Made by a program: the position numbers and the translations under genes
Shown: piece after piece, positions 9,414 to 17,158 of the stretch
Position numbering within the stretch: the first letter of the stretch is position 1
How the letters are laid out: each line of letters begins with the position of its first letter
DNA from: Chlamydiales bacterium
GTDB lineage: Bacteria > Chlamydiota > Chlamydiia > Chlamydiales > JAAKFR01
Length of the DNA stretch: 64,000 nt
Reading direction: 5' to 3'
NCBI GenBank assembly: GCA_020831465.1
Contig: JAFIGI010000012.1
Span: forward strand, 2,073-66,072
The notes under the pieces: generated by a model
Told to the model about the DNA's origin: nothing
Database searches by the model: none
What the model saw: only the letters and a program-made list of their open reading frames with translations

Positions 9414-10583
9414 ATGAAATTACACAAAACCGGAGTAATTGCAGCAGGACTCGCGCTTTTTTCTATGTTTTTTGGTGCAGGAGACCTGATTTGGCCCCTG
9501 ATATTAGGCGGGCAGGCCGGCGACAAGAACTTGTACGCAGTATTAGGGCTTCTGATTACAGGAGTTAGCCTTCCCCTCTTGGGACTCATGGCGATGATGC
9601 TCTTTCAGGGAGATTACCGCGCATTTTTCGGACAAACCGGAAGGATTCCCGGTATTATTTTGCTTTTTGTCATCCAAGCGATTTTGGGACCTTTCGGCTC
9701 GACTCCCCGTCTCTTCACTCTAGCTCACGCGACCTTGAAACCCTATCTTCCCGATTTTGTCAACTTACCCGTTTTTTGTATCATTGCGATTGCCCTTGTC
9801 TTTCTATTTACTATGCGTCGCCAGCGAGTCGTCGATATCATTGGGCTCTTTTTATGTCCTATCCTCCTTTTCTCTCTTGGCCTGATCATCTTTTTAGGAT
9901 TGCGCGGCCACCCTCTCCCCAAGGCCTCTCTCTTAAGCGACGGTGCTGCATTTTTCAAGGGGCTCAACGTCGGGTACAACACCCTCGACCTGATCGCCTC
10001 CTTTATCTTTGCGCCTCTCGTCCTCTCTTATTTCCACCATGACGAGGGTGCGGCAGATACACCGGAAGCGAGGCGGCATGTTTTCAAAAAAATGATAAAA
10101 TCATGCGCGATCGCGGGCTTGCTTCTTTCCGCGATGTTCGTAGGGTTGACCTATGTCGCCTCCTACTACAAAGAAGTCCTTCCCCCTCATGCTGCGGAAG
10201 AGCGCCTTGCGACAATTTCGATGTATTTGCTTGGTTCAAGAGGGGCTTTTTTTTCTTGTCTGGCCGTTTCCCTCTCTTGCTTGACTACCGCTATTCCGAT
10301 CTCGGTCATCTCCGCAGAATATATCCAAACCCAATTCATGCAGGGAAGAGGGACGCAAACCTTCCCGATTTTAATTTCGCTCGGCCTCTCGGCTGTCGTT
10401 GCGAATCTCGGCTTTATGGGAATCGCAAACATGCTTGCGCCGGTTTTGCAGATTATATGCCCGGGGCTGATTATTCTTTGTATATTAAGTATCTTGCATA
10501 AACTTTACGAAATGCGCATAAGGCGTGTCCCTGTTTTTGCCGCCTTTGCCCTCTCGTTTATTGGTTATTTTCTAAAGATATAG
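9414..10583 (+). CDS. brnQ: branched-chain amino acid transport carrier (LIVCS family)
   Basis: 389 aa and polytopic. LFSMFFGAGDLIWPLILGGQAG resembles the BrnQ N-terminal signature. Confidence 0.8.
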   Translation: MKLHKTGVIAAGLALFSMFFGAGDLIWPLILGGQAGDKNLYAVLGLLITGVSLPLLGLMAMMLFQGDYRAFFGQTGRIPGIILLFVIQAILGPFGSTPRLFTLAHATLKPYLPDFVNLPVFCIIAIALVFLFTMRRQRVVDIIGLFLCPILLFSLGLIIFLGLRGHPLPKASLLSDGAAFFKGLNVGYNTLDLIASFIFAPLVLSYFHHDEGAADTPEARRHVFKKMIKSCAIAGLLLSAMFVGLTYVASYYKEVLPPHAAEERLATISMYLLGSRGAFFSCLAVSLSCLTTAIPISVISAEYIQTQFMQGRGTQTFPILISLGLSAVVANLGFMGIANMLAPVLQIICPGLIILCILSILHKLYEMRIRRVPVFAAFALSFIGYFLKI

Positions 10584-10594
10584 TCCTAATCTCA

Positions 10595-10642
10595 ATAGCA
10601 GAATCAGTTGAAAATGTAAATTTTTCAACTGATTCTGCTATA
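10595..10642. repeat. palindromic intergenic repeat, copy 1 (short form)
   Basis: ATAGCAGAATCAGTTG is fused to the full right arm AAAATGTAAATTTTTCAACTGATTCTGCTATA. The element nearly fills the convergent brnQ/MOMP spacer and abuts the MOMP stop codon. Confidence 0.8.
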
Positions 10643-11503
10643 TTAGAAACGTAGCTGCATGTTGACATGAACCGCTTTTTCATCTCCCCAACGCCCCTCA
10701 ACTGTTGCACCAAGCCCTTCACAAAAGGTGATAGTCAGGCCTGCGGCATATCCCCAATACTTATTATTCCCCAGTTTGAAAAGTGTGGCTTGATCATCAT
10801 CGGGTCCTACAACAGCCTCGCGGAAATCTAATTGATTACCTGACCATTTCAGAGCAAGATAAGGAATAGCGGAAACTCCCGAACACCCAACCTGGAGCAA
10901 ATAGGAAGCTCCAATACCAACTTGCCACTCGGAATACCGCATATCGATCCGACCATCAGGGTATTCAATAAAGACCCCTTCAACCTGTGCGGTTTTAAGG
11001 CTGGGTTTAGTATAGAAATATTGACCTTCAATTCCGAAAAAGAAAGAGTTATAATCCCAGATAGTCAACCGACCGCCAATACTCCAAGAAAAATCTGTCT
11101 CACTAGCAAGTTGGATTTTCGAGTCTGCGATGAGTCCGAAAATTGCAGGATTCGCATATAGATCAATGTTTGTTGCTCCAAGAGTTGTAAAGAGGTCAAA
11201 TCGGTTGCAAATATTCAGTGCAAAATAAGCGGCATTTGTAAAGAGCATCGTCTCGTCAGCATCGGCATGATCTTCGACATCCAGTTCCATATGCCTGTTG
11301 AATACATAGTCTCCGTAAAACCCCACCCTAAAGCTCCATGCGTTGCACCAGTTGAAACAAGGATTGAATCGACTAGAGCTCACATCGCAATTTTCAAGAA
11401 GTACACCCTTACGGTATAAGCTTGCATCCATCGGATTTCCTATAGGAAGAGCGTAAAGGTTTGAAAATAAAAAAACAGATAGAATCAGTATCCATTTCTT
11501 CAT
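10643..11503 (-). CDS. MOMP-family (chlamydial major outer membrane protein-like) porin
   Basis: Signal peptide, then ALPIGNPMDASL...NPCFNWCNAWSFRVGFYGDYVFNR and C-terminal KAVHVNMQLRF. These parallel C. trachomatis MOMP LPVGNPAEPSL...[24 protein letters not shown]...AAHVNAQFRF, quoted from memory. Confidence 0.85.
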   Translation of the reverse strand: MKKWILILSVFLFSNLYALPIGNPMDASLYRKGVLLENCDVSSSRFNPCFNWCNAWSFRVGFYGDYVFNRHMELDVEDHADADETMLFTNAAYFALNICNRFDLFTTLGATNIDLYANPAIFGLIADSKIQLASETDFSWSIGGRLTIWDYNSFFFGIEGQYFYTKPSLKTAQVEGVFIEYPDGRIDMRYSEWQVGIGASYLLQVGCSGVSAIPYLALKWSGNQLDFREAVVGPDDDQATLFKLGNNKYWGYAAGLTITFCEGLGATVEGRWGDEKAVHVNMQLRF

Positions 11504-11604
11504 GGAGCCTCCAAAAATGCCTTTCTTAAATTGAATTCAGACTGTTAAATAGTCTCTTGGTTGTCAAGAAAAGAATTGAAATTATATTTTTTGCCTAAAG
11601 TGAG

Positions 11605-12084
11605 TTATTCAATAGTGGTGATGATGCAGAAACACTGGAGCCCGAGTCCGCAGCCGAAATCTGTCAGCCCCTCGCCCGTTGTGGCGGTGATACCAATTTG
11701 GGTTGGATCTAGGTTCATTTCTCGGGCAATGTTTTCTTTAAGCTCAGGGATACGTTCGAGCAGCTTCGGGCGTGAGGCCTCTATTGTCAAGGCTACATGA
11801 GTGATCTGCTGCTTACCTAGCGTTTTAAGCGCCTCATGCAAGTAGACGCTGCTATCGGTAATCCCCTCCCTTTCCAAAAGCTCATCGGCCCGCTTGCCAA
11901 GGATAATCTCCCCGGTGATCGAAGAGATCGCGTTGCAGATCGCATGAAAGATCACGTCTCCATCAGAATTGGCTCGAAATCCAGGGACATCCTCAAAGAC
12001 TATGCCTCCTAATAGGCAGGGTTTTGTTGATTCCTCGTGAAGAAAGCGGTGGCTGTCTTGGCCGATGCCTGTTCTAAATTTCAT
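11605..12084 (-). CDS. ispF: 2-C-methyl-D-erythritol 2,4-cyclodiphosphate synthase
   Basis: 159 aa. [14 protein letters not shown]...[14 protein letters not shown] is IspF. Confidence 0.92.
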   Translation of the reverse strand: MKFRTGIGQDSHRFLHEESTKPCLLGGIVFEDVPGFRANSDGDVIFHAICNAISSITGEIILGKRADELLEREGITDSSVYLHEALKTLGKQQITHVALTIEASRPKLLERIPELKENIAREMNLDPTQIGITATTGEGLTDFGCGLGLQCFCIITTIE

Positions 12085-12118
12085 TGAAATAACTATATCA
12101 AATAAGGGAGTTTATGCG

Positions 12119-12149
12119 AAAAAAAAAGCCGCCAGGTTAACCTGGCGGC
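12119..12149 (-). terminator. rho-independent terminator downstream of omcB
   Basis: Perfect 9-bp stem GCCGCCAGG/CCTGGCGGC with a TTAA loop (12128-12149). On the minus strand it is followed by a 9-nt U run (the A run at 12119-12127). Confidence 0.7.
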
Positions 12150-12173
12150 TTCGTTTAAGACACTCTCGCCTAA

Positions 12174-13865
12174 TTAGTAGACGTGTGTGGCTTCAGTATC
12201 GGTTACCGGAGCGCCCAACCCATCTGAGTTTAGGGTCGCTTCAGCCCTGGCATCTCCGACTGAGACCGCTCTAACGCGGACGCAGTACTCAACGCATTGC
12301 TTAGGATCAAGCCTTTGGATAGGCTCGAAAATAACCGTCTGTCCTGAAATTCTTCCTCTTGTAGGACCACTCACGCTTTCAGGCTGCAACTCATCTGTGA
12401 ACGTGATCTGCAGCTGAACGTTTGTATCTTCCGCGCTTCCGCGGTTAGAGATGCAAACTTTGTAGGATGTCATGTCATCTCCATCGAGACAGACCGGATC
12501 GCAAGTATCCACCATACACATATGTGTCGCCGGAATTCCTTTCCAGCATGTGACGGCTTCCGCGCATGTTACACACGGTCCACAGTCTGAATTGGTCGAC
12601 ACGGTTACCTTATTTGTCAAGCAGCCGGCAACTTGCGATTGCAGCGAGACATGGAATGTCTTGGTTTCGCCGGGGCAGAACTCAGGGATGCACCAGATTG
12701 CTCTGTTGCAGCAGATTTCAGCTCCCGGAGCATCAACTATGACGGTTCCGATTGGAGAGACGTCATCCACAACAACATCCCTTAAGACCAAATCACCCGG
12801 GTTTGTAACCGTAATCGTGTAGTCGACGGTCTTGCAGATGTAAGCCCAATCGGGGCCGGTTTTAGTAACTTCAACGCATGGCTCATTCACAAGCGTAGAC
12901 GCTTCTGCAGAGCATATAGGACCTCCGCAGTAAGTGACAGTCGCAACGTTAGTTACACATCCGCGCTTGGTTGCGCAAAAGTCAACATTGAAGCATCGGC
13001 TTTGACCGGGACACAAATCGCCCAACTGATAGGTAAGGCAAGTCATTCCGCTCGCATGAGAAAGGCCGTCCGGTACTTGGTCTTGGACGACAACATCATA
13101 AGCTGTTGCTGAACCGGAGTTGCATACTTCGATCCGGTAGGAAACCGGGCAATATAAGCACACGCACTCAGGACCGCACTTTCTGATACAGATTACAGGT
13201 TGGCCGCAGTTTGTGTAGGCGCAAATTTGCGGACATGCGCATACAGTAGCCGCAGTTGGACAGCAACCTTCTTTCATCGGACGCACCCAGACGCAGATTC
13301 TCTGGGACTCGCCGCAGTTCATGTGAGGGAATTCCCACTGAAGCGAGTTGTGCTGGTCAGGCTGTGCGGGTGGATCGCTTCTGATAAACTCAGAATCACC
13401 AGGCAGCGTTTGACGTACGATAATGTCTGCACATTCCTTTTGAGCAGTTATACTGATCTCAATAGGATAGGGCGAGCCGACTGTTGCGTACTCGGGTGCC
13501 CTTTGGCACAACTCGACGACACGATCGTCAGATGTTTGGTAGGCTCTCATATTTCCATAGCAACGCTCCCCGGGGAAGGGTTGCTCGCACTGGCCGCTTC
13601 CGCAAGGATAGTAACTAGGGTCGCATGGAAAATATATGTTATCTTCCGGGCCACTAAGCTGTGGACATGGAGCCGGACAATATGGTTCGCTAATAGGCGA
13701 CGGAGGGCAAGAGTCGTATCGTGGCGGACATGGGTCGCACGTCGGTGGACATTTTACTTCGCAAGGCGAGCAGAAACTATCGCACCAGTTACGATTACAA
13801 CTTGCCAAGCAAAACACGCTCATCAAAAAGAGAGCTGCTACAGCAGTTCGTAAGGGTTGAATCAT
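12174..13865 (-). CDS. omcB: 60-kDa cysteine-rich outer membrane complex protein OmcB
   Basis: 563 aa. Signal/lipobox FCLASC, a very Cys-rich N-terminus, then repeated DUF11-like beta modules (VTVTNPGD, VCNSGSATAYDVVV). OmcA-like genes lie upstream, as in Chlamydia. Confidence 0.9.
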   Translation of the reverse strand: MIQPLRTAVAALFLMSVFCLASCNRNWCDSFCSPCEVKCPPTCDPCPPRYDSCPPSPISEPYCPAPCPQLSGPEDNIYFPCDPSYYPCGSGQCEQPFPGERCYGNMRAYQTSDDRVVELCQRAPEYATVGSPYPIEISITAQKECADIIVRQTLPGDSEFIRSDPPAQPDQHNSLQWEFPHMNCGESQRICVWVRPMKEGCCPTAATVCACPQICAYTNCGQPVICIRKCGPECVCLYCPVSYRIEVCNSGSATAYDVVVQDQVPDGLSHASGMTCLTYQLGDLCPGQSRCFNVDFCATKRGCVTNVATVTYCGGPICSAEASTLVNEPCVEVTKTGPDWAYICKTVDYTITVTNPGDLVLRDVVVDDVSPIGTVIVDAPGAEICCNRAIWCIPEFCPGETKTFHVSLQSQVAGCLTNKVTVSTNSDCGPCVTCAEAVTCWKGIPATHMCMVDTCDPVCLDGDDMTSYKVCISNRGSAEDTNVQLQITFTDELQPESVSGPTRGRISGQTVIFEPIQRLDPKQCVEYCVRVRAVSVGDARAEATLNSDGLGAPVTDTEATHVY

Positions 13866-14084
13866 AGGAAACTCCTATAAGTTTGATTAGAGACTAACTT
13901 TTTCCCAACAGTGACCTGGTAGAAATGTTCACCTCGGATTTCAAGGCCGTTATCAGGCTTTGAACCCTGAACACTTTCTTTTCGACTCCTAGCCATTCAT
14001 TTTCTCCTACTTGTGGATTCAGGCCTGAGGGAAATCCCCTCAGCACCTGAATACATTTCTACCTGCGGTTGTGCCTCTTTTCGA

Positions 14085-14327
14085 TTACGGGCAAACCGGA
14101 CATCTTGGTGGGCACGCTGGCGGGCAAGCCGGTGGGCATGATGGCGGGCAATATTGCGCAGGTGGGCATGATGGCGGGCAAGCCGGTGGGCAAGCTGGTG
14201 GACATGCTGGTGGGCAATATTGCGGACAAGGTGGACATGCTGGCTGACAACATGGGTTGCAGCTTGCCAAGCTGAACATGCTCATTACAAATAGAGCGGC
14301 GAAAAACATTTTCAAAGACCGTTTCAT
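14085..14327 (-). CDS. omcA: OmcA-like small cysteine/proline-rich lipoprotein, copy 1
   Basis: Start at the ATG at 14327 (M26 of ORF 14085-14402), preceded by AAGGAG. MKRSLKMFFAALFVMSMFSLASC is a lipobox, followed by CPPA/CPPS repeats. Confidence 0.75.
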   Translation of the reverse strand: MKRSLKMFFAALFVMSMFSLASCNPCCQPACPPCPQYCPPACPPACPPACPPSCPPAQYCPPSCPPACPPACPPRCPVCP

Positions 14328-14851
14328 ATGAAACTCCTTAAGTTGATTTGAGTCTAGTTGTTTAATAAAATGCCCTCTTATACAAATCTGGGGGCTCTGC
14401 ACTCTTCGGTACAGTCCTTATGAATCTATTATCAAATGAAAACTAAAATTTTATCAAACTTTTTTATAATAAAACTTTCTAAAATCGCACTCTCTTTTTT
14501 GAATAGTTAGCTATCTTCATGTCATTCTCAAAGACTTATGTGCGCACTCTTCTTCTGTCGGAAAAAAATTACGATCCCCCTTTATGCAACCGTTCATTCC
14601 GTTCATTTCAGCAAATTTGAATTTCTAATCGCGAATCGTAGTCGATTATGTTTGAAATGATAGAAATTGGGCGCAAGATTTTGTTGAAGCAGGAAATGCG
14701 CAGAGCAAATCTAACCTCAATCCAGTTAGCGAGTTCGAGCACAATGTCCTAGATAAAAAGATACGGAGCAATCTTAGTCAGATTTATAAGAGTGTTTTGA
14801 AACTCATATTTTTAAATATGAGCAAGAAACGATTTTGTAAAGATGAGCGGT

Positions 14852-14950
14852 TATAGCAGCATCAGTTGAAAAATTTACATTTTGACGATCGGTCAAGCCC
14901 GGGAGCTTTGACGCGGTGAAAATGTAAATTTTTCAACTGATGCTGCTATA
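14852..14950. repeat. palindromic intergenic repeat, copy 2 (long form)
   Basis: Perfect 32-nt arms TATAGCAGCATCAGTTGAAAAATTTACATTTT (14852-14883) and the reverse complement (14919-14950) flank a 35-nt centre containing CCCGGG. Confidence 0.85.
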
Positions 14951-15048
14951 GATTAAGGGTATGAATCGACTATTAAAGAAAGAGCCTTGTGGAGTCAAAA
15001 AACCGATCTCCACAAGGCATATCTACCTGCGCTTATTCCAAGCACAAA

Positions 15049-15381
15049 TTACGGACAACGAGGCGGGCATCTTGGCGGACACTTAGGTGGACAAACCGGT
15101 GTGTATACTGGGCATCCTGGCTCGCATCGAGGGGTCGGAGAACATGGACCTGGACAAACAGGACAAGCTGGCGGACAATATTGCGGACAAGGTTCAGGGC
15201 ATGGGCAAGGTTCAGGACATGGACAAGGCGGACATGTAGGTGGACAGCAAGGATCGCACTTAGGTGGACATCTCCATCCACATGGATCGCAGAAGAAATT
15301 ATTCGATCTTCCACAGCTTGTTAAGCTAAACATGCTCATCACAAACAGAGCGGCGAAAAACATTTTCAAAGAACGTTTCAT
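15049..15381 (-). CDS. OmcA-like small cysteine/proline-rich lipoprotein, copy 2
   Basis: Start at the ATG at 15381 (M5 of ORF 15049-15393). The signal peptide MKRSLKMFFAALFVMSMFSLTSC is nearly identical to copy 1. The mature part is CPP/CPxP-rich (CPPKC, CPPTCPPCPCPEPCPCPEPC). Confidence 0.75.
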   Translation of the reverse strand: MKRSLKMFFAALFVMSMFSLTSCGRSNNFFCDPCGWRCPPKCDPCCPPTCPPCPCPEPCPCPEPCPQYCPPACPVCPGPCSPTPRCEPGCPVYTPVCPPKCPPRCPPRCP

Positions 15382-15552
15382 ATGAAACTCCATTGGGTTG
15401 ATTAGAGTCTTAAAATGCCCCCTTATTATTCCTTTTGGAGAATCTGGATCCTTCAGGTGACATTCCTTATAAATTTATTATCAAACGAACAAAAAATTTT
15501 ATCAAACTTTATTTACAACAACCCATTTAAACAATTTTTCTATCTATAAAAG

Positions 15553-15645
15553 CAAGTAACTTGCAAACCTGTTCCTTAGGCTGTGTTGAAAAACTTAGGA
15601 TGTTCAGATTCAGTCAGATTTGGTTTTCAACACAGCTGTTACTTG
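15553..15645. repeat. degenerate palindrome in the omcA2/murA divergent spacer
   Basis: Inner arms GCTGTGTTGAAAA (15580-15592) and TTTTCAACACAGC (15624-15636). Outer arms CAAGTAAC (15553-15560) and GTTACTTG (15638-15645). It shares the GTTGAAAA core with the TATAGCAG repeat family. Confidence 0.5.
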
Positions 15646-15757
15646 TCGGTTTCGAGAAAAATTGCGTTGCAACTTTGACCTAAGTCCGCTAGGTTTATGG
15701 GGGAAAATTCAGCGAAAATAATGTGAAAAAAAGGACTGATTTTCAAAAGGATAGAAG

Positions 15758-17158
15758 ATGGATGTACTCCAAGTGAATGGAAATGGGAAACTTAAGGGAG
15801 AGGTAAAAGCTGCCGGGGCAAAAAATGCGATGACAAAGCTGCTCGTGGCGTCGCTTTTATCCGATAAGAAATGCGTTTTTTACAATGTTCCCGATATAGG
15901 AGACGTTCACATCACCGTTAACTTGTGCAAAGAGATCGGCGCTGATGTTCAATGGGATCGAGAAAAGGGGGTTATAGAAATTATCACTAAAGAGCTGAAA
16001 ACGACTTACATTCCTCAACGCTTTTCCGGTGCGAACCGCATTCCCATCTTGATGGCGGGCGCCCTTTTAGGTAGAACCGACGAAGATATCATCATTCCGA
16101 CCGTCGGAGGGGATGCAATCGGGAAGCGGTCAATCGATTTTCATGTTTCAGCTCTGACGCAGCTAGGCGCCTCGGTTGAATACCGCGAGATGAAAAAGGA
16201 AGGAGCTTATCTCGCTCACGCCCATAACGGATTGACAGGAAACCATATCCAGCTTCCTTACCCATCGGTGGGCGCAACCGAAAACGCCATTCTGGCAGGG
16301 GTTCGGGCAAAAGGGAATACCGTAATCAAAAACGCAGCTATTGAACCGGAAATTGTTGATCTTATTCTATTTCTCCAAAAACTCGGTGCGAATATTTCGA
16401 TCGACGTCGACCGCACGATCCATATCGAGGGAACTAAAACTTCGCATGAGGTCGAACATACAGTCATGTCCGACAGGATCGAAGCAGCCTCCTTCGGGAT
16501 GGCAGCTATTGCGACAAAGGGGAGTGTCTTTGTGCAAGGGGCGCAGCATCTGCACATGATCACCTTTTTAAACAAGCTGCGCGAGCTTGGCGGAGGGTTT
16601 GTCATCAAAAGCGACGGAATCGAGTTTTTCTATCAAGGTCCTCTTGTGGGGGGCATCCATGTAGAGACCGATGTCCACCCCGGATTTATGACCGACTGGC
16701 AGCAGCCCTATGCGATCCTCTTGACTCAGGCGCAAGGAATCTCTGTTATCCATGAGACCGTTTATGAAAATCGATTCGGCTACACCCAAACGCTCAAAAA
16801 GATGGGGGCAGAGATCGATCTCTTCAAACAATGCCTTGGCAACAAACCCTGTCGGTATGCGATGAGAAGCTACGAGCACAGCATCATCGTTCGAGGCAGT
16901 ACCCCCTTGCAGGGCTGCGAGATCACGATTCCCGACCTACGCGCCGGGTTTGCATACGTCATGGCTGCTCTGATCGCATCGGGAGAAAGCACGATCAACG
17001 GGATGCGCTTTCTCGATCGCGGTTATGAAAATCTAGTGGCGAAACTCCAAAAACTTGGCGCAAATATCAACCGTGTCCAGACACAACCCGATACCAAACC
17101 CCTCAACCCCATCCTTCCCGCGCCGAAAGCCCCTAGAAAAAATAAGCTGACCGTATGA
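15758..17158 (+). CDS. murA: UDP-N-acetylglucosamine 1-carboxyvinyltransferase
   Basis: 466 aa. AAGAKNAMTKLLVASLL and the active-site loop PTVGGDAIGKRSIDFH, with Asp at the position of E. coli Cys115. Confidence 0.93.
   Translation: MDVLQVNGNGKLKGEVKAAGAKNAMTKLLVASLLSDKKCVFYNVPDIGDVHITVNLCKEIGADVQWDREKGVIEIITKELKTTYIPQRFSGANRIPILMAGALLGRTDEDIIIPTVGGDAIGKRSIDFHVSALTQLGASVEYREMKKEGAYLAHAHNGLTGNHIQLPYPSVGATENAILAGVRAKGNTVIKNAAIEPEIVDLILFLQKLGANISIDVDRTIHIEGTKTSHEVEHTVMSDRIEAASFGMAAIATKGSVFVQGAQHLHMITFLNKLRELGGGFVIKSDGIEFFYQGPLVGGIHVETDVHPGFMTDWQQPYAILLTQAQGISVIHETVYENRFGYTQTLKKMGAEIDLFKQCLGNKPCRYAMRSYEHSIIVRGSTPLQGCEITIPDLRAGFAYVMAALIASGESTINGMRFLDRGYENLVAKLQKLGANINRVQTQPDTKPLNPILPAPKAPRKNKLTV

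Noticed and set aside
13200-13853. A 217-aa plus-strand ORF, and other ORFs, antisense to omcB.
   Set aside because: It lies entirely inside the strongly supported omcB gene, has Arg/Cys/Trp-rich nonsense composition, and shows no motifs.
14017-14052. A hairpin (ATTCAGG-C-CTGAGGG-AAAT-CCCTCAG-CA-CCTGAAT) between omcA1 and omcB, considered as an omcA terminator.
   Set aside because: No U tract follows it on the minus strand, so it is not a canonical intrinsic terminator. It could still be a processing or attenuation structure, but that is not supportable from sequence alone.
14069-15385. Plus-strand ORFs across the omcA-like genes (14069-14275, 14987-15385, 14989-15324) encoding Gly/His/Gln-rich repeats.
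   Set aside because: They are the reverse-complement shadow of the Cys-Pro codon repeats (GGN/CAN opposite NCC/NTG). They have no signal peptide, no RBS and no start context. The minus-strand frames have lipoprotein signals and AAGGAG or GGAG sites.
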